Positions 26,983 to 38,729 of a stretch of DNA of 64,000 nt are shown here, piece after piece. The position numbers and the translations under genes were made by a program. This DNA comes from an uncultured Dehalococcoidaceae bacterium (lineage in GTDB: Bacteria > Chloroflexota > Dehalococcoidia > UBA2979): the NCBI GenBank assembly GCA_964479165.1, contig CAYZJO010000001.1, positions 829,218-893,217 of the forward strand, in the 5' to 3' direction. The notes below the pieces were generated by a model. It did no database searches, was not told the origin of the DNA, and worked only from the letters and a program-made list of their open reading frames with translations. How positions within the stretch are numbered: position 1 is the stretch's first letter; each line of letters opens with the position of its first letter.

Positions 26983-28255
26983 CAAGGGCTGCCGGAACCC
27001 AGACGTAGCGGTCCCACAGCGGGTTCTGGAGCAGCGCCACCACGAAGTAACCGAGCCACCCGCAGGCGAGCCCCACCGCTAGCGCTAGGAACGGATCGGC
27101 GTGCCGCCTCGCGAGCGCGCGAGCATCGAGGTACCGCCGCACCGCCGTCCATCCGAGGAGCAAGACCCCAGCGAGGCCGATCACTCCCGCCCCCGCCCAG
27201 ACCTGGAGGTAGACGTTGTGCGCCTCGAGCGCAGATTCGAAGCCCGCGCCGAGCAGGGGTGACACGTCGAGGCTGTCGAGGGTCGCGTTCAGTAGGAGCC
27301 ACCGCTCCGCGTCCGACGCGGCCGAACCGAGCCCGTCGACGCCGACCAGCCGGCTCGCGGCGTTCGACGTGCCGAAGCCAAGGCCAGTCGTCGCCTCGAG
27401 CACAGCGACCGCGACCGCCACTCCGAGCGCGGGGATGAGGACGCGAGGGTACGCAACCGCGAACGTGCCCAAGACCGCGACGGTGCCGATGAAGCCGGCG
27501 CGCGACCCGCTCGAGACCACGCCCGTGACGAGGAGGAGTGCAACCGCGAAGGCGAGGGCGCGGACTCCTGCGTGACTTCGACCGGCTGCCAGGCCGAGCG
27601 CTGGTCCGAGCGCCATCGTTGCCGCGAGAGCGAGATGATTACTGTGCGTCGCGAGGCCCGACACGCGGCCGCCTGCGTCGTCGCTGATCAGCAGACCCCA
27701 CGTGACCGAGACGCTGGCCGACGCGATCCAGGCCCACGCTAGCAAGTGCACCTCGCGCCGCTCGGGCGACCAGAGCATCGGCGCCAGCACGACGCCCCCT
27801 GCCGCCACGGCGAGCCTCGCGACGTTGAGCGCGGAAGCCGCCGGGTCCGACGACGCCAGTGATGCAAGCAGTCCCCCGAGCACGACGAGGCCGACGGCCA
27901 GCAGCAGCGGTCGAGCCGATTCGAGCGAGGTACCGGGTCGCGGGCCGGAGACCAGGAGGAGGCACGTCGCGACCACGAGGAGCGCGTCGGAGAGCGTGAC
28001 CGAGGGCGCGAGCCGCACGTTGTTCAGCGCTGCGGTCGCGATGCCGGCGAGCAGCAGTGCGACGCCAGTGCCGCTCACGCCAACGCGCAGCATGACGCCC
28101 ACACCGGCGATCGCCACGAGTGCCGCGACCGTGGGGCGCAAGTCGTCCCGCTGGGCCAGCAGCGCGATGCCGGCGCCCGCGAGCCCGGCTGCCGGCACGG
28201 CGAGGACGAACGCTCCGCCAATCGGGCCCCCGAGGCGCAGCGAACGCAGTGCCAT
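26939..28255 (-). CDS. O-antigen ligase/polymerase family membrane protein (Wzy_C-type)
   Basis: Start at MALRSLRLG, 1-nt overlap with the upstream gene stop. About 10-12 TM helices with a large periplasmic loop containing the H/R-rich motif region. Confidence 0.7.
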   Translation of the reverse strand: MALRSLRLGGPIGGAFVLAVPAAGLAGAGIALLAQRDDLRPTVAALVAIAGVGVMLRVGVSGTGVALLLAGIATAALNNVRLAPSVTLSDALLVVATCLLLVSGPRPGTSLESARPLLLAVGLVVLGGLLASLASSDPAASALNVARLAVAAGGVVLAPMLWSPERREVHLLAWAWIASASVSVTWGLLISDDAGGRVSGLATHSNHLALAATMALGPALGLAAGRSHAGVRALAFAVALLLVTGVVSSGSRAGFIGTVAVLGTFAVAYPRVLIPALGVAVAVAVLEATTGLGFGTSNAASRLVGVDGLGSAASDAERWLLLNATLDSLDVSPLLGAGFESALEAHNVYLQVWAGAGVIGLAGVLLLGWTAVRRYLDARALARRHADPFLALAVGLACGWLGYFVVALLQNPLWDRYVWVPAALVMVAWRHLPRRAAR

Positions 28256-29532
28256 CACCCGACCGCCTCCACCGGCTCTCGATCCGACGCCGCACCGCTG
28301 CCAGCCCAGACCCAAATGCACGCGACAAGCGAGCCGACGGACGCTGCCAGCATCGCGATGGCGACGCCCATGACCTCGAAGCGCGGCACCAGCACGACGA
28401 TCCCGAGTGCGAAGGTGAGCCAGCCAACGAGTTCGGCGAGCGTTCCGGCGCGGGGTCGACCTGCTCCGCGAGCAGCGTCGGTTAGGGTTCTGCGGAGCGC
28501 GAGCGCCGCACCCGCGGGGAGCAAGACCCGCGCGAGGGGTACTGCCCCCTCGAAGTCGGCGCCGAACAGCCACGGCAACAGCCACCCCACCACCAACTCG
28601 AGGGCCAACACGAGGGCGCAGAGGATCGCCGCGGCGAGCAGGACGAACCGTTGCACCTCGCGCCGAGCATGTCGCGGATCCGTGCGACCCGCGACGCGCG
28701 GGTAGGCGACGACGCCCAGGCTCTGCCCCACGAACCGCGGCAGATTGGTGAACGCAACCGCGACCACGTACAGCCCGAGCGCAGCAGGCGAAACCAGGAA
28801 GCCGACCGCGGCCTGATCAAGCCGCAACGCCTCGAGGGGGACAAACCAACCGAGGAGAGAGCGACGCCCGAAGCGCCGCATGGATTGGAGGTCCGGGGGT
28901 GGGGCGTCGCTCGTACGCCGCGTCCCCCGGAGCGCGAGCCTGAGGGTCCCGGCTGCCGCGAGCCCGTAGGACGCGGCGTAGGCGACGGCGGCCGCCTCGA
29001 TGCTGCGGGGCCCCGCGAACCAGATCCCGACAGCGGCGATTGCGTAGAGGGTCGGTGGTAATGCTCGGAGGAAGTTGAACGCGCCGAGGCGTAATCGTCC
29101 CTGTAACGCCGCCAGGCCGAACTGCAGCGCGATGAACGCAGGCGTCCAAGCCAGCGTTGCGAGTGCCGCGTGTACCGAAGCGCCCTCGAACGCACGGACG
29201 AAGACCGCGATCACGAGTGCGTGGGCCGTGGTGAACGCGGCAGCCTGTGCGCAGGCGGTCCTCGAGATCGTTGTGAGAACGGAGCGCGGGTCGCGTCCGT
29301 GGTGCGCGATCTCGTAGGTGACGGCGAGAGGCAGTCCGAGCGTCCCCGCGAGCCCGAACGCGGCCGCGATCAGCGCGAGAAGGGCGAGCTCACCTCGCTC
29401 CTCCGGACCCAGCATCCGCGCGACGAGCACGCCGCTCACCACGAGCATGGCCTGCGTCCAGCCGCTCGAGGCGAACGAGCCGGCGACCGCGCGGCCCGCG
29501 TGAGAGGTGCTTTCGCCCTCACGCGCGTTCAC
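28255..29532 (-). CDS. oligosaccharide flippase family polysaccharide biosynthesis protein (Wzx-like)
   Basis: About 12 predicted TM helices; a Gly/Ala/Leu-rich MOP-superfamily-like profile. Confidence 0.7.
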   Translation of the reverse strand: MNAREGESTSHAGRAVAGSFASSGWTQAMLVVSGVLVARMLGPEERGELALLALIAAAFGLAGTLGLPLAVTYEIAHHGRDPRSVLTTISRTACAQAAAFTTAHALVIAVFVRAFEGASVHAALATLAWTPAFIALQFGLAALQGRLRLGAFNFLRALPPTLYAIAAVGIWFAGPRSIEAAAVAYAASYGLAAAGTLRLALRGTRRTSDAPPPDLQSMRRFGRRSLLGWFVPLEALRLDQAAVGFLVSPAALGLYVVAVAFTNLPRFVGQSLGVVAYPRVAGRTDPRHARREVQRFVLLAAAILCALVLALELVVGWLLPWLFGADFEGAVPLARVLLPAGAALALRRTLTDAARGAGRPRAGTLAELVGWLTFALGIVVLVPRFEVMGVAIAMLAASVGSLVACIWVWAGSGAASDREPVEAVG

Positions 29533-29533
29533 G

Positions 29534-30142
29534 TCAGGCCTCGGGCACGACGGCGAGCGAGACGGTATGGGTCCGGCCCTGCTTCACCTTCTCGTAGTTG
29601 CCGAAGACCTCGGTGAACGCGCGATCCACGAAGCGACGCAGAGCGGAGATCGTCACGACGTAGAACCGTCCACCCGGCCGCAGATGGGTGCGCGCGTCCT
29701 CGAAGAGCAGGTACAGCGCCTCGTTGCCCGCCTTCGCCGGCAGGTTCGAGGCGACGAGGTCGAAGGTCCGGTCCCCGACCTGTTCGAACCCGTTGGAGAG
29801 CATCGCCTCGGCGTTGCGGATGCCGTTCACCTCGGCGTTCTTGTTCGCGTACTCAACTGCCAGGAAGTCACGGTCCACGAGCAGCGTCCGCCCCCGCGGA
29901 GCGAATCGCGCAAGCGTCAGGCCGATCGCGCCATACCCGCACCCGAGGTCGAGGCAGTCGTCGGAGTCCTCGACCTCGATGTGGTCGACCAGCAGCCGCG
30001 TCCCGGCGTCGATCTCCCGTGGGGAGAAGAGCCCCCAGCGCGTGTGAAAGGTCAGGTCGTGCCCGCCGAGGTGAGCGGAGAACACGAGGTCACGACGGAG
30101 CTGTTCCACGTCCATCGCGGCATCGTCGCGACGCGCACGCAT
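29534..30142 (-). CDS. class I SAM-dependent methyltransferase (small RsmC-like domain)
   Basis: LDLGCGYGAIG motif I; DLVASNLP acidic motif. Confidence 0.8.
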   Translation of the reverse strand: MRARRDDAAMDVEQLRRDLVFSAHLGGHDLTFHTRWGLFSPREIDAGTRLLVDHIEVEDSDDCLDLGCGYGAIGLTLARFAPRGRTLLVDRDFLAVEYANKNAEVNGIRNAEAMLSNGFEQVGDRTFDLVASNLPAKAGNEALYLLFEDARTHLRPGGRFYVVTISALRRFVDRAFTEVFGNYEKVKQGRTHTVSLAVVPEA

Positions 30143-30222
30143 CTACGTCAACGTTCGCCGGCCGCCATCGTGTGCGACGATCGGCGCCGGCGCCGAGGCT
30201 GGCCGCCGCGAAGGAGAGCGTG

Positions 30223-30993
30223 ATGCCCGACCCACTGATCGAGGCTGGCAAGCCGGACTACGCCGCGCTCGAGTTCCCCGACCCACCGGCGGACCGCCCT
30301 TACGTCTTCGTCAATATGGTGACGTCGGTCGACGGTAAGGTGGTGATCGAGGGGACCGAGCAGGGGCTGGGAACGAGGGTCGACCAGCAGTTGATGCGCG
30401 AGCTGCGTTTCCACGCCGACGTGGTGATGAACGGCGCGGGCACCCTCCGTGCCTCCGGCACGTCCTCACGGGTGGGCCGCGAGGACCTCGAGGAGCGGCG
30501 AGAGCGCGAAGGGCGGTCCCGGCACCCGATCGCGGCGGTCCTCAGCGAGAGCGGCGACCTGCCGCTCGACCGCGCGTTCTTCACAGCGCGGGACTTCGAC
30601 GCGGTGGTGTTCGTCACGGAGTCGACGCCACCGGAGCGCCGCGCAGCGATCGAGGCGACCGGGCGTCGCGTGGTCGTGCTGCCCGACGCCGGGACGCCGC
30701 TCGCGATGCTTCGCTTCATGCGCCACGAGCTCGGGGCACGGCGCCTGCTTGTCGAGGGCGGGCCGACACTGAACGGCGCACTGTTCGCCGCCGGACTGAT
30801 CGATGAGTACTTCACGACGGTCGGCCCCGTGATCGTTGGAGGGAACGGGCGTCTCACCCCGGTCCGAGGGGACGAGCCCCCGACGCTGGAAGGTGCATCC
30901 CGGCTCGCGCTTGCGTCCGCGCACGTCAACCCCGAAACCAGCGAGCTGTACCTCCGTTATCGGGTAACCGGCCGCGGCGCCGTGGAGCGGTAG
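30223..30993 (+). CDS. dihydrofolate-reductase-family protein (RibD C-terminal reductase domain)
   Basis: AAGGAGAG RBS. VFVNMVTSVDGKV...LRFHADVVMNGAGT matches the RibD_C fold signature. Confidence 0.8.
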   Translation: MPDPLIEAGKPDYAALEFPDPPADRPYVFVNMVTSVDGKVVIEGTEQGLGTRVDQQLMRELRFHADVVMNGAGTLRASGTSSRVGREDLEERREREGRSRHPIAAVLSESGDLPLDRAFFTARDFDAVVFVTESTPPERRAAIEATGRRVVVLPDAGTPLAMLRFMRHELGARRLLVEGGPTLNGALFAAGLIDEYFTTVGPVIVGGNGRLTPVRGDEPPTLEGASRLALASAHVNPETSELYLRYRVTGRGAVER

Positions 30994-31596
30994 TTGACTG
31001 ACATCGACTTCGACGCCGCCTACCGGGAGGCCACGCCTCCTTGGGACATCGGTCGGCCGCAGCCTGCAATCGCCGCTCTCATCGAGACGGGAGCGCTCAC
31101 GGGCCACGTTCTGGATGTCGGTTGCGGAACCGGCGAGCACGCGCTGCTCGCGGCCGCACGCGGGCTGCAGGTGACCGCGATCGACGGCTCAGCGACGGCT
31201 ATCGCGGCCGCTCGAGAGAAGGCGCGCACGCGCGGCCTCGACGTGCGGTTCGAAGTCGCCGACGCGCTGCACCTTACCGCGCCGGGCGCGCCGTTCGACT
31301 CGGTGATCGACAGCGGGCTCTTCCACGTCTTCGATGAAGGCGATCGAACGCGTTACGTCGCAAGTCTCGCCGCCGCGATGCGGCCGGGTGGTCGCCTCTT
31401 CCTGCTCTGCTTCAGCGACCGTGTCCCCCCGATGTCAGCAGGCCCGCGCCGCATCAGTGAGGCGGAGCTCCGCGAGGCGTTCGCCGATGGCTGGGCGATC
31501 GAGGAGATCAGCGCCGCAAAGTTCGAGGTGACGGGGCTCTCCGCTTCCGAGTTCGACGCATGGCTAGCCACGATCCTCCGCGGCAGATCGGCCTGA
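30994..31596 (+). CDS. class I SAM-dependent methyltransferase
   Basis: TTG start abutting the upstream stop. VLDVGCGTGEHA motif I. Confidence 0.75.
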   Translation: MTDIDFDAAYREATPPWDIGRPQPAIAALIETGALTGHVLDVGCGTGEHALLAAARGLQVTAIDGSATAIAAAREKARTRGLDVRFEVADALHLTAPGAPFDSVIDSGLFHVFDEGDRTRYVASLAAAMRPGGRLFLLCFSDRVPPMSAGPRRISEAELREAFADGWAIEEISAAKFEVTGLSASEFDAWLATILRGRSA

Positions 31597-31686
31597 CGCC
31601 GCGCGGCCGCGCTCGGCTAGAATCGCGACTCACGTACGTCGCAGGAAAGAAAGTACAGCGCCGGAGGCGGCCGAGAGGGGACTGAG

Positions 31687-32625
31687 ATGGAGTACCGCAA
31701 CCTGGGCCGCTCCGGCCTCCAGGTGTCCGTGGTGGGCCTGGGCACGAACAACTTCGGGCGGCGGCTCGACGCCGATGCCACCCGCGCCGTCCTCGAGAAG
31801 GCCATCGATAGCGGGATCAACCTCCTCGACACCGCCGACATCTACGGTCCACGCGGGCTGTCCGAGGAGTACATCGGCCGTGCCATCGCGGGCCGCAGGC
31901 ATGAGGTGGTGCTCGCGACGAAGTTCGCGGGGGCGATGGGCGAGGGGCCGATGACGAGCGGCGCCTCGAGGGCGTACATCATGCGCGCCGTCGAAGACAG
32001 CCTGCGACGCCTCGGGACCGACTACATCGATTTGTACCAGGTGCACTTCCCGGACCCGAAGACGCCCATCGAGGAGACACTGCGCGCCCTCGACGACCTC
32101 GTGAGCGCGGGCAAAGTGCGCTACATCGGCAACTCGAACTTCGCGGGCTGGCAGATCGCATCGGCGCACTACGTCGCGCAGCGGGACCGCCTGGCGCCCT
32201 TCGTTAGCGCACAGAACGAGTACAACCTGCTGAACCGCCGTGCCGAGGCGGAGGTCATCCCAGCGGCCACCGCGTTCGGCCTCGGAATCATCCCGTTTCT
32301 GCCGCTCGCGAGCGGGCTGCTCACGGGCAAGTACCGCCGCGACACCCGCCCCGAGGGCGCGCGCCTCTCCGCGGAGTCACCGCAGTCTCAGCGCCTGTTG
32401 ACGGACCGCAACTTCGAGGTGGTCGAGCGCCTCGAGCAGTTTGCGCAGCAACAAGGCCACACACTCCTCGAACTTGCGTTTTCGTGGCTAGCCTCGCAGC
32501 CGATCGTCGCCTCGGTCATCGCCGGCGCGACGCGGCCCGAGCAGGTCGAGGCCAACGCGACGGCGGCGTCGTGGCGCCTGAGCGCAGACGAGTTCGCTGA
32601 GGTGGATCGCATCACGCGCGGCTAG
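31687..32625 (+). CDS. aldo/keto reductase
   Basis: MEYRNLGRSGLQVSVVGLGTNNFG...DTADIYG canonical AKR N-terminus; IPFLPLASGLLTGKY. Confidence 0.9.
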   Translation: MEYRNLGRSGLQVSVVGLGTNNFGRRLDADATRAVLEKAIDSGINLLDTADIYGPRGLSEEYIGRAIAGRRHEVVLATKFAGAMGEGPMTSGASRAYIMRAVEDSLRRLGTDYIDLYQVHFPDPKTPIEETLRALDDLVSAGKVRYIGNSNFAGWQIASAHYVAQRDRLAPFVSAQNEYNLLNRRAEAEVIPAATAFGLGIIPFLPLASGLLTGKYRRDTRPEGARLSAESPQSQRLLTDRNFEVVERLEQFAQQQGHTLLELAFSWLASQPIVASVIAGATRPEQVEANATAASWRLSADEFAEVDRITRG

Positions 32626-32651
32626 TGCCGGCTACCCCACGAGAGCGAGGA

Positions 32652-32674
32652 GGGGCTGCGCGTGTTTCAGCCCC
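32652..32674. terminator. bidirectional hairpin between the convergent AKR and carbonic anhydrase genes
   Basis: GGGGCTG-N9-CAGCCCC stem with a TGTTT tract in the loop. Confidence 0.45.
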
Positions 32675-32695
32675 TGCCGGCGGCCGTCGACCTGC

Positions 32696-33229
32696 CTAAT
32701 CGCAGACGAGACGCACGCGTCCCGTGCGGACGTCGTAGATGAAGCCGGCGACGTGGATCCCCGGGAAGAACGGGGAGGCGCGGAGCTTCTCTACATCGTC
32801 GCGGACGCAGCGCTCCAGATCGTCGATCGGCAGGAAGTCGATATTCGAGGCGTCGTGACCGGTCTCGGCCTCGAGGCGCTGCTGCATGTCCGAGTTGTTG
32901 ACGCGGAGCAACCCGCAATCGGTGTGCTGGATGACGAAGAACTCGCGCGTGTTCAGCAGGCGCGAGGACAGGATCAGCGAGCGGACGGCATCATCGGTGG
33001 CGCGTCCGCCCGCGTTGCGGATGACGTGTGCGTCGCCGATACCGAGCCCGAGGAATCGCGGCGCGAGGACGCGGGCGTCCATGCACGTGAGGATCGCGAG
33101 GTGCTTGATCGGTTCCGAGGAGCGTCCGCCCTCCTCGAAGTGCTCCGCAAACACCGCGTTCCGGTCCAGCAGCTCCTCGACGAGGCTTGTCGTTACTCCC
33201 ACCACGGGCTCCCCACTACGGGTATGCAT
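32696..33229 (-). CDS. beta-class carbonic anhydrase
   Basis: CMDAR and HTDCG zinc-ligand motifs. Confidence 0.9.
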   Translation of the reverse strand: MHTRSGEPVVGVTTSLVEELLDRNAVFAEHFEEGGRSSEPIKHLAILTCMDARVLAPRFLGLGIGDAHVIRNAGGRATDDAVRSLILSSRLLNTREFFVIQHTDCGLLRVNNSDMQQRLEAETGHDASNIDFLPIDDLERCVRDDVEKLRASPFFPGIHVAGFIYDVRTGRVRLVCD

Positions 33230-33427
33230 GAATTCTTCTTCATCCGACTGTCCGGCGGACTATCGCGCATCGGGTACGCATCCGTCCACCGTAAGCGTCA
33301 ATGACCATCAAGAGCGTAGGGCTCGATGCCACGTCGAACACCTCGACCGAGGAGAGTCAGACTCCTCAACGTGGAGGCCGGTCGGGCCGAGTGGAAGTCG
33401 CTGCCGCGCTCGCTCATCCGAAAACGG

Positions 33428-35380
33428 CTAGGCGTTCGGCGGCACAGGCCGGCTCGCCAGCGGAGTGCCACCCATCGAGTCGTCCAAGCCGAGGACGAGG
33501 ACGCTGAGTGGAGGCAGCGTCAGCTCCAGCGAGTGCTCGCGCCCGTGCGCCTCGATCCGTTCGCTCGCCACCGACCGAGGTGCGGGGTAGCCGCTGCCGC
33601 CGTACAGGGTGTCGTCGCTGTTCAGCAACACCTGCCACGGACCATCGCACGGCGCGCCGATGCGGTACTCCTCGCGCGGGACGGGGGTGAAGTTGCAGAC
33701 GAAGAGCAGCCGTTCGTCTCGCTCTCGGTCGTAGCGCGCCCACGACATCACGACGTTCGCGGCATCGGAGGCGTCGACCCACTCGAACCCCTCCGGCCCG
33801 AAGTCCACCTCGTAGAGCGCCGGGTGCGAGCGGTATAGGGCGTTCAGGTCTCGGACCCACTGCTGCAGTCCTCGATGCGGGGCGTACTCGAGCAGGTGCC
33901 ACTCGATGCTGTTCGCGTACGACCACTCCGCCCACTGCCCGAACTCGGAGCCCATGAACAGCAGCTTCTTGCCGGGGTGGCCATACATGTAGCCGTACAG
34001 CGCGCGGAGGTTGGCGAACTTCTGCCAGTCGTCGCCGGGCATCTTCCCGATCATCGAGCCCTTGCCGTGCACGACCTCGTCGTGGGAGTAGGGCAGGATG
34101 AAGTTCTCGTGGAAGGCGTAGAGCAGACCGAACGTCATGTCGTTCATGTCGTAGCCCCGGTAGATCGGGTCCTTCGACATGAAGCGCAACGTGTCGTGCA
34201 TCCAGCCCATGTTCCACTTGTAGCCGAACCCGAGGCCGCCGTACTCGGTCGGCCGCGACACCATTGGCCAGGAAGTGGACTCCTCGGCGATGGTCATCAC
34301 GTCGGGATGCTCGCGGTAGACGGTCTCGTTCATCCGGCGCAGAAACCCGATGGCCTCGAGGTTCTCGCGGCCGCCCATCTGGTTCGGAATCCACTCCCCC
34401 GGCTCCCGCGAGTAATCGAGGTAGAGCATCGAAGCAACCGCGTCCACGCGCAGGCCGTCGACGTGGTACTCCTCGAGCCAGAAGAGTGCGCTGGCGAGGA
34501 GGAAGTTCGCCACCTCGCGACGCCCGTAGTTGAAGACGTAGGTGCCCCAGTCCGGGTGCTCGCCGAGCCTGGGGTCGGCATGTTCGTAGAGGTGCGTCCC
34601 GTCGAAGATGCCGAGGCCGTGGCCGTCCTTCGGGAAGTGCGCAGGCACCCAGTCGAGGATCACGCCGATCCCCTCACGGTGCAGCGTGTCGACGAGGTAC
34701 TTGAACCCCTGGGGCGTCCCGTAGCGGCTGGTCGGCGCGAACAGGCTCAGCGCCTGGTAGCCCCACGACTCGTCGAGGGGGTACTCGGTCACGGGTAGGA
34801 ACTCGACGTGGGTGTAGCCGAGGTCCTTCACGTACGCGGCAAGCCGTGGAGCGAGCTCGCGGTAGGTCAACCAGCGGTTGCCGTCCTCCGGGACTCGCAT
34901 CCAGGAGCCGAGGTGCACCTCGTAGATCGCGATGGGGGCGTCGTGGGCGTTGCGCTCGCGCCGCGTCGCCATCCACGTCTCGTCGCCCCACTCATGCCCG
35001 CCGAGATCCCAGACGACGGAGGCGCTATGCGGGCGCTGCTCCGCGAAGAACGCGTAGGGGTCCGCCTTCTCCGCCCGGGTCACCCCGTCCCGGTGGAGGA
35101 CCGAATACTTGTACCGCTCACCGGGACCGACTCCGGGAACGAAGCCCTCCCAGATACCGGCCTCCGGCCGGAGCCGCAGCCGGTTCTCGCGGTGGTCCCA
35201 CCGGTTGAAGTCACCGATGACCGAGACCTCCCGGGCGTTGGGCGCCCACACGGCGAACGCCGTGCCACGGACGCCGTTCACCTCCATGCGATGGGCCCCC
35301 AGGCGCTCGAACGCACGGAGGTGCCGTCCCTCGGCGAGGAGGTGCAGGTCGTAGTCGCTCAGGATGTCCTGTGGGGCCAC
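33428..35380 (-). CDS. glgB: 1,4-alpha-glucan branching enzyme
   Basis: GH13 catalytic blocks ([21 protein letters not shown]). About 650 aa. Confidence 0.95.
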   Translation of the reverse strand: MAPQDILSDYDLHLLAEGRHLRAFERLGAHRMEVNGVRGTAFAVWAPNAREVSVIGDFNRWDHRENRLRLRPEAGIWEGFVPGVGPGERYKYSVLHRDGVTRAEKADPYAFFAEQRPHSASVVWDLGGHEWGDETWMATRRERNAHDAPIAIYEVHLGSWMRVPEDGNRWLTYRELAPRLAAYVKDLGYTHVEFLPVTEYPLDESWGYQALSLFAPTSRYGTPQGFKYLVDTLHREGIGVILDWVPAHFPKDGHGLGIFDGTHLYEHADPRLGEHPDWGTYVFNYGRREVANFLLASALFWLEEYHVDGLRVDAVASMLYLDYSREPGEWIPNQMGGRENLEAIGFLRRMNETVYREHPDVMTIAEESTSWPMVSRPTEYGGLGFGYKWNMGWMHDTLRFMSKDPIYRGYDMNDMTFGLLYAFHENFILPYSHDEVVHGKGSMIGKMPGDDWQKFANLRALYGYMYGHPGKKLLFMGSEFGQWAEWSYANSIEWHLLEYAPHRGLQQWVRDLNALYRSHPALYEVDFGPEGFEWVDASDAANVVMSWARYDRERDERLLFVCNFTPVPREEYRIGAPCDGPWQVLLNSDDTLYGGSGYPAPRSVASERIEAHGREHSLELTLPPLSVLVLGLDDSMGGTPLASRPVPPNA

Positions 35381-35384
35381 AGTT

Positions 35385-38300
35385 CTACTCTAGACCGCTG
35401 AGCAACGCGGCCACGCCCTGTAGAGGTACCGCTACCCAATCGGGCCGGTGAGCGATCTCGTACTCGAGTTCGTGCAGCGCCTTGTCGAGGAGGTGCAGGT
35501 TCAACGTTCGCTGCTGCTCGTCCGGGTCTGTTGGCAGGATGCCGTCCTCCTGCATCCCCTCGAAGTACGCCCCGAGGAACGCCGTACTGGCGCGCGCGCT
35601 CCACCGCATCACCCACGGATGCAGCCGAGCCGTCACGGCCTCGGTGTCCGGCATACGCGCCGCGTACTCGCGCAGCGCGAACAACGCGGCGTACTCGAAC
35701 GAGCGCAGCATCCCGGCGACGTCCGTGAGCGGCGACTGCTTCGAGCGGCGGGCATCGAGGGGCAGGCCGACCTCTCCCTCGAAATCGGTGATGTAGAAGT
35801 CCTGACGCACCCAGAGGACCTGCCCGAGATGGTAATCGCCGTGGACGCGGATCTTGCGTCCCTCTGGCGTCCTCGGTACGAGGCGGGCGAGTCGCCGGCG
35901 GATGTTGCGAGCCCCGTCGAGTACCGCCTGGGCACTGCGAGCGACATCGGGGTCCATGTCGGGGAGCAATCGTTCGAGGGCGGCACGGGTCGCCTGAAGG
36001 CGTTGTTCGATCCGTTGCAGGACGGTGTCGATGTCCGCTCGGGTGAGCGGCTCCGGCGTGAACGCGGCGTCTGCGCCGGGCTCCGCGAGCACGCGATGCA
36101 GCTCGGCCGTCCGCGTCCCAAGCACCTGCGCGGCGTCGATGTACATCGACTCGATCATGGGCGCGTCGCCGCTCGCGAGCTCCCACGGGTCCGGCTGCAG
36201 TGTGCCGGTCGATGGAGGAGGCAGCTCACCCCAGGCCGCGGCATGCTCGAGGTAGCGCTGCAACTCCGCGAGGCTGAACCGCCAGCCGTCGGACTGGCTC
36301 CACACGTACTCGTGCAGCGTGACTACCGCCGTCGCCGCGGAACCGTCGCGTGGTGCGTACTCCATCGAGCCGGCGAGGCGCGGCGCGCGCGCGAAGCGTC
36401 GCCGCGTCAGATGGCGGCCCACCTCGATCTCCGGGTTGATCCCCGGCTCGGTCCGGCGGATCACCTTGAGCATCAGCTGGCTGCCCAGGCGCACCGAGGT
36501 GTTGCTCTGCTCGGCGCTCAGCCGTTCGACGGCGGGGCGGTCGTCGAGGGAGTCGTTCAACTCGCGGAAGGCCCCGGTGGGCTGTGCGCGAAGGGTCCCG
36601 CGGATCCCGCGTACCGAACGGCCGTTCCCGATGCTGTCGATCACTGCGAGGGTTGGACCCTCGGCGTGCGTCGCGTCGTAGAGGACCCCCCGGCCCGGAG
36701 CGCCCTCGACGTACGCAACGACCGCCGCGGGCGTGTCGTCCGCGAGGCGCCTGCCCGCACGTCCCGTCGCGATCGCGAGGGGCAGGTTGTAGGTCTCTGT
36801 CACGGTGGGACGGCCGGTGTACGTGACCTCGATGAGTGTCAGCCATGCCGGCGAGACTCCATCGACGAGACGCACTGCGTCGACGAGGCGGACGTTGCGA
36901 ATGCGCCGGTCCTTCCCCGCGAACCAGCGTTGCGCGGGTAGGAAGCGCGGCAGCATCTCGCTCTCGAGCTGCGTCAGCGCGTCGCCTTCGAACAGCGTCT
37001 GCCAGCCCGCAGCGACCGAGATGTGTGCGGCCGCCTCGCGGCCTTCCTCCTCGGGCGGGGAGGTCACCGCGACGACGGGCTCGGGCTGCCGCTCGAGGTC
37101 GAACCAGAAGAACGTGTGCGGCCCGAGCGAGATGAAGTACGGCGCATCAGTGATCCGAGGGAACGGCTGCCGCCCGACGAGCTCGACGGGGGTGAGTCCG
37201 GCGAACTCGCTCAGATCCAGCTCGACCGGCTGGACGAAACGCGACAGGTTTGCGATGACCAGCACGACCTCGTCGCGGTACCGGCGTACGTACGCGAGGA
37301 CGGCGCGGTTCTCCGGGTGCAGCATCTCCATGCTGCCGCGCCCGAACACCTTCCGTTCGCGGCGCAGCGCGATCATCCGGCGCATCCAGTTGAGGAGGCT
37401 CGATGGGCTCCGCTCTTGCGCCTCGACGTTCACCGCCTGGTACCCGTAGAGCGGGTCCATGATCACCGGCAGATAGAGCCGCGCGGGATCGGCGGTCGAG
37501 AAGCCGGCGTTGCGATCGCCGGTCCACTGCATCGGCGTGCGCACGCCGTCTCGATCACCGAGGAAGACGTTGTCTCCCATCCCGATCTCGTCGCCGTAGT
37601 AGAGGATCGGAGTCCCCGGGAACGAGAAGAGCAGGCTGTTCAGCAGCTCGATCGCGCGCCGGCTGTTGCCGAGCAGTGGCGCGAGCCGTCGCCGGATGCC
37701 GACATTCACGCGCATCCGCGCGTCCGTGGCGTAGACCGTGTACATGTAGTCGCGCTCTTCGTCGGTCACCATTTCGAGCGTCAGCTCGTCGTGGTTCCGG
37801 AGGAACAGCGCCCACTGGCACTCCTCGGGGATGTCCGGTGTCAGCCGGAGGATGTCGACGACCGGCAGCCGGTCCTCCTGCCGCAGCCCCATGAACATCC
37901 GAGGCATGAGGGGGAAGTGGAACGCCATGTGGCATTCGTCGCCGTCGCCGAAGTAGGCGCGGACGTCCGTGGGCCACTGGTTCGCCTCGGCGAGCAGCAT
38001 CCGGTCTTCGAAGTGCTCGTCGACGAACGCCCGCAACTCCTTCAGGAAGGCGTGCGTCTCGGGCAGGTTCTCGTTGTTCGTTCCCTCGCGCTCGTAGAGG
38101 TAGGGCACCGCGTCGAGGCGCAGCCCGTCGACCCCGCGGTCGAGCCAGAACTTGACGAAGTCCTTCACCGCGCGGCGTACCCGGGGGCTGTCGAAGTTCA
38201 GGTCCGGTTGGTGGGAGAAGAAGCGATGCCAGTAGTACTGGCCCGCCACCGGGTCCCACGTCCAGTTCGAGACCTCCGTGTCCGTGAAGATGATGCGGGT

Positions 38301-38729
38301 GTCCGCGTACTTCGTGTCCGTGTCGCTCCACACGTACATCTCGCGTGCCGCGGAGCCTCGAGGCGCGCGCCGAGCACGCTGGAACCACGGGTGCTGGTCC
38401 GAAGTGTGGTTGATGACCAACTCAATGATGATGCGGATGCCGCGAGCGTGTGCCTCGTCGACGAATCGCCGGAAGTCCCGCATCGTCCCGAAGTCGGGAT
38501 GGATCGACGTGTAGTCGGAGATGTCGTAGCCGCCGTCCTTCATCGGAGAAGGGAAGAACGGCAGCACCCAGAGGCAGTTGATCCCGAGCTGCGCGAGGTA
38601 GTCGAGCTTCGCGGTCAGTCCGCGGAAGTCACCGATGCCGTCGCCGTTGCTGTCGTAGAACGAGCGGACGTACACCTCATAGATGATGGCGTCCTTGTAC
38701 CAGAGGGGATCGCGCTCGAGAGGGCTCAC
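35385..38729 (-). CDS. treS: trehalose synthase fused to maltokinase (TreS-Pep2/Mak fusion)
   Basis: GTG start with a GTGA overlap on the glgE stop. N-terminal GH13 TreS blocks ([21 protein letters not shown]). C-terminal ~450 aa has the maltokinase/aminoglycoside-phosphotransferase-like fold ([10 protein letters not shown]). Confidence 0.9.
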   Translation of the reverse strand: MSPLERDPLWYKDAIIYEVYVRSFYDSNGDGIGDFRGLTAKLDYLAQLGINCLWVLPFFPSPMKDGGYDISDYTSIHPDFGTMRDFRRFVDEAHARGIRIIIELVINHTSDQHPWFQRARRAPRGSAAREMYVWSDTDTKYADTRIIFTDTEVSNWTWDPVAGQYYWHRFFSHQPDLNFDSPRVRRAVKDFVKFWLDRGVDGLRLDAVPYLYEREGTNNENLPETHAFLKELRAFVDEHFEDRMLLAEANQWPTDVRAYFGDGDECHMAFHFPLMPRMFMGLRQEDRLPVVDILRLTPDIPEECQWALFLRNHDELTLEMVTDEERDYMYTVYATDARMRVNVGIRRRLAPLLGNSRRAIELLNSLLFSFPGTPILYYGDEIGMGDNVFLGDRDGVRTPMQWTGDRNAGFSTADPARLYLPVIMDPLYGYQAVNVEAQERSPSSLLNWMRRMIALRRERKVFGRGSMEMLHPENRAVLAYVRRYRDEVVLVIANLSRFVQPVELDLSEFAGLTPVELVGRQPFPRITDAPYFISLGPHTFFWFDLERQPEPVVAVTSPPEEEGREAAAHISVAAGWQTLFEGDALTQLESEMLPRFLPAQRWFAGKDRRIRNVRLVDAVRLVDGVSPAWLTLIEVTYTGRPTVTETYNLPLAIATGRAGRRLADDTPAAVVAYVEGAPGRGVLYDATHAEGPTLAVIDSIGNGRSVRGIRGTLRAQPTGAFRELNDSLDDRPAVERLSAEQSNTSVRLGSQLMLKVIRRTEPGINPEIEVGRHLTRRRFARAPRLAGSMEYAPRDGSAATAVVTLHEYVWSQSDGWRFSLAELQRYLEHAAAWGELPPPSTGTLQPDPWELASGDAPMIESMYIDAAQVLGTRTAELHRVLAEPGADAAFTPEPLTRADIDTVLQRIEQRLQATRAALERLLPDMDPDVARSAQAVLDGARNIRRRLARLVPRTPEGRKIRVHGDYHLGQVLWVRQDFYITDFEGEVGLPLDARRSKQSPLTDVAGMLRSFEYAALFALREYAARMPDTEAVTARLHPWVMRWSARASTAFLGAYFEGMQEDGILPTDPDEQQRTLNLHLLDKALHELEYEIAHRPDWVAVPLQGVAALLSGLE

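Noticed and set aside
25693-26985. 430-aa - strand ORF
   Set aside because: Antisense to the FkbM methyltransferase; overlaps the tal start region.
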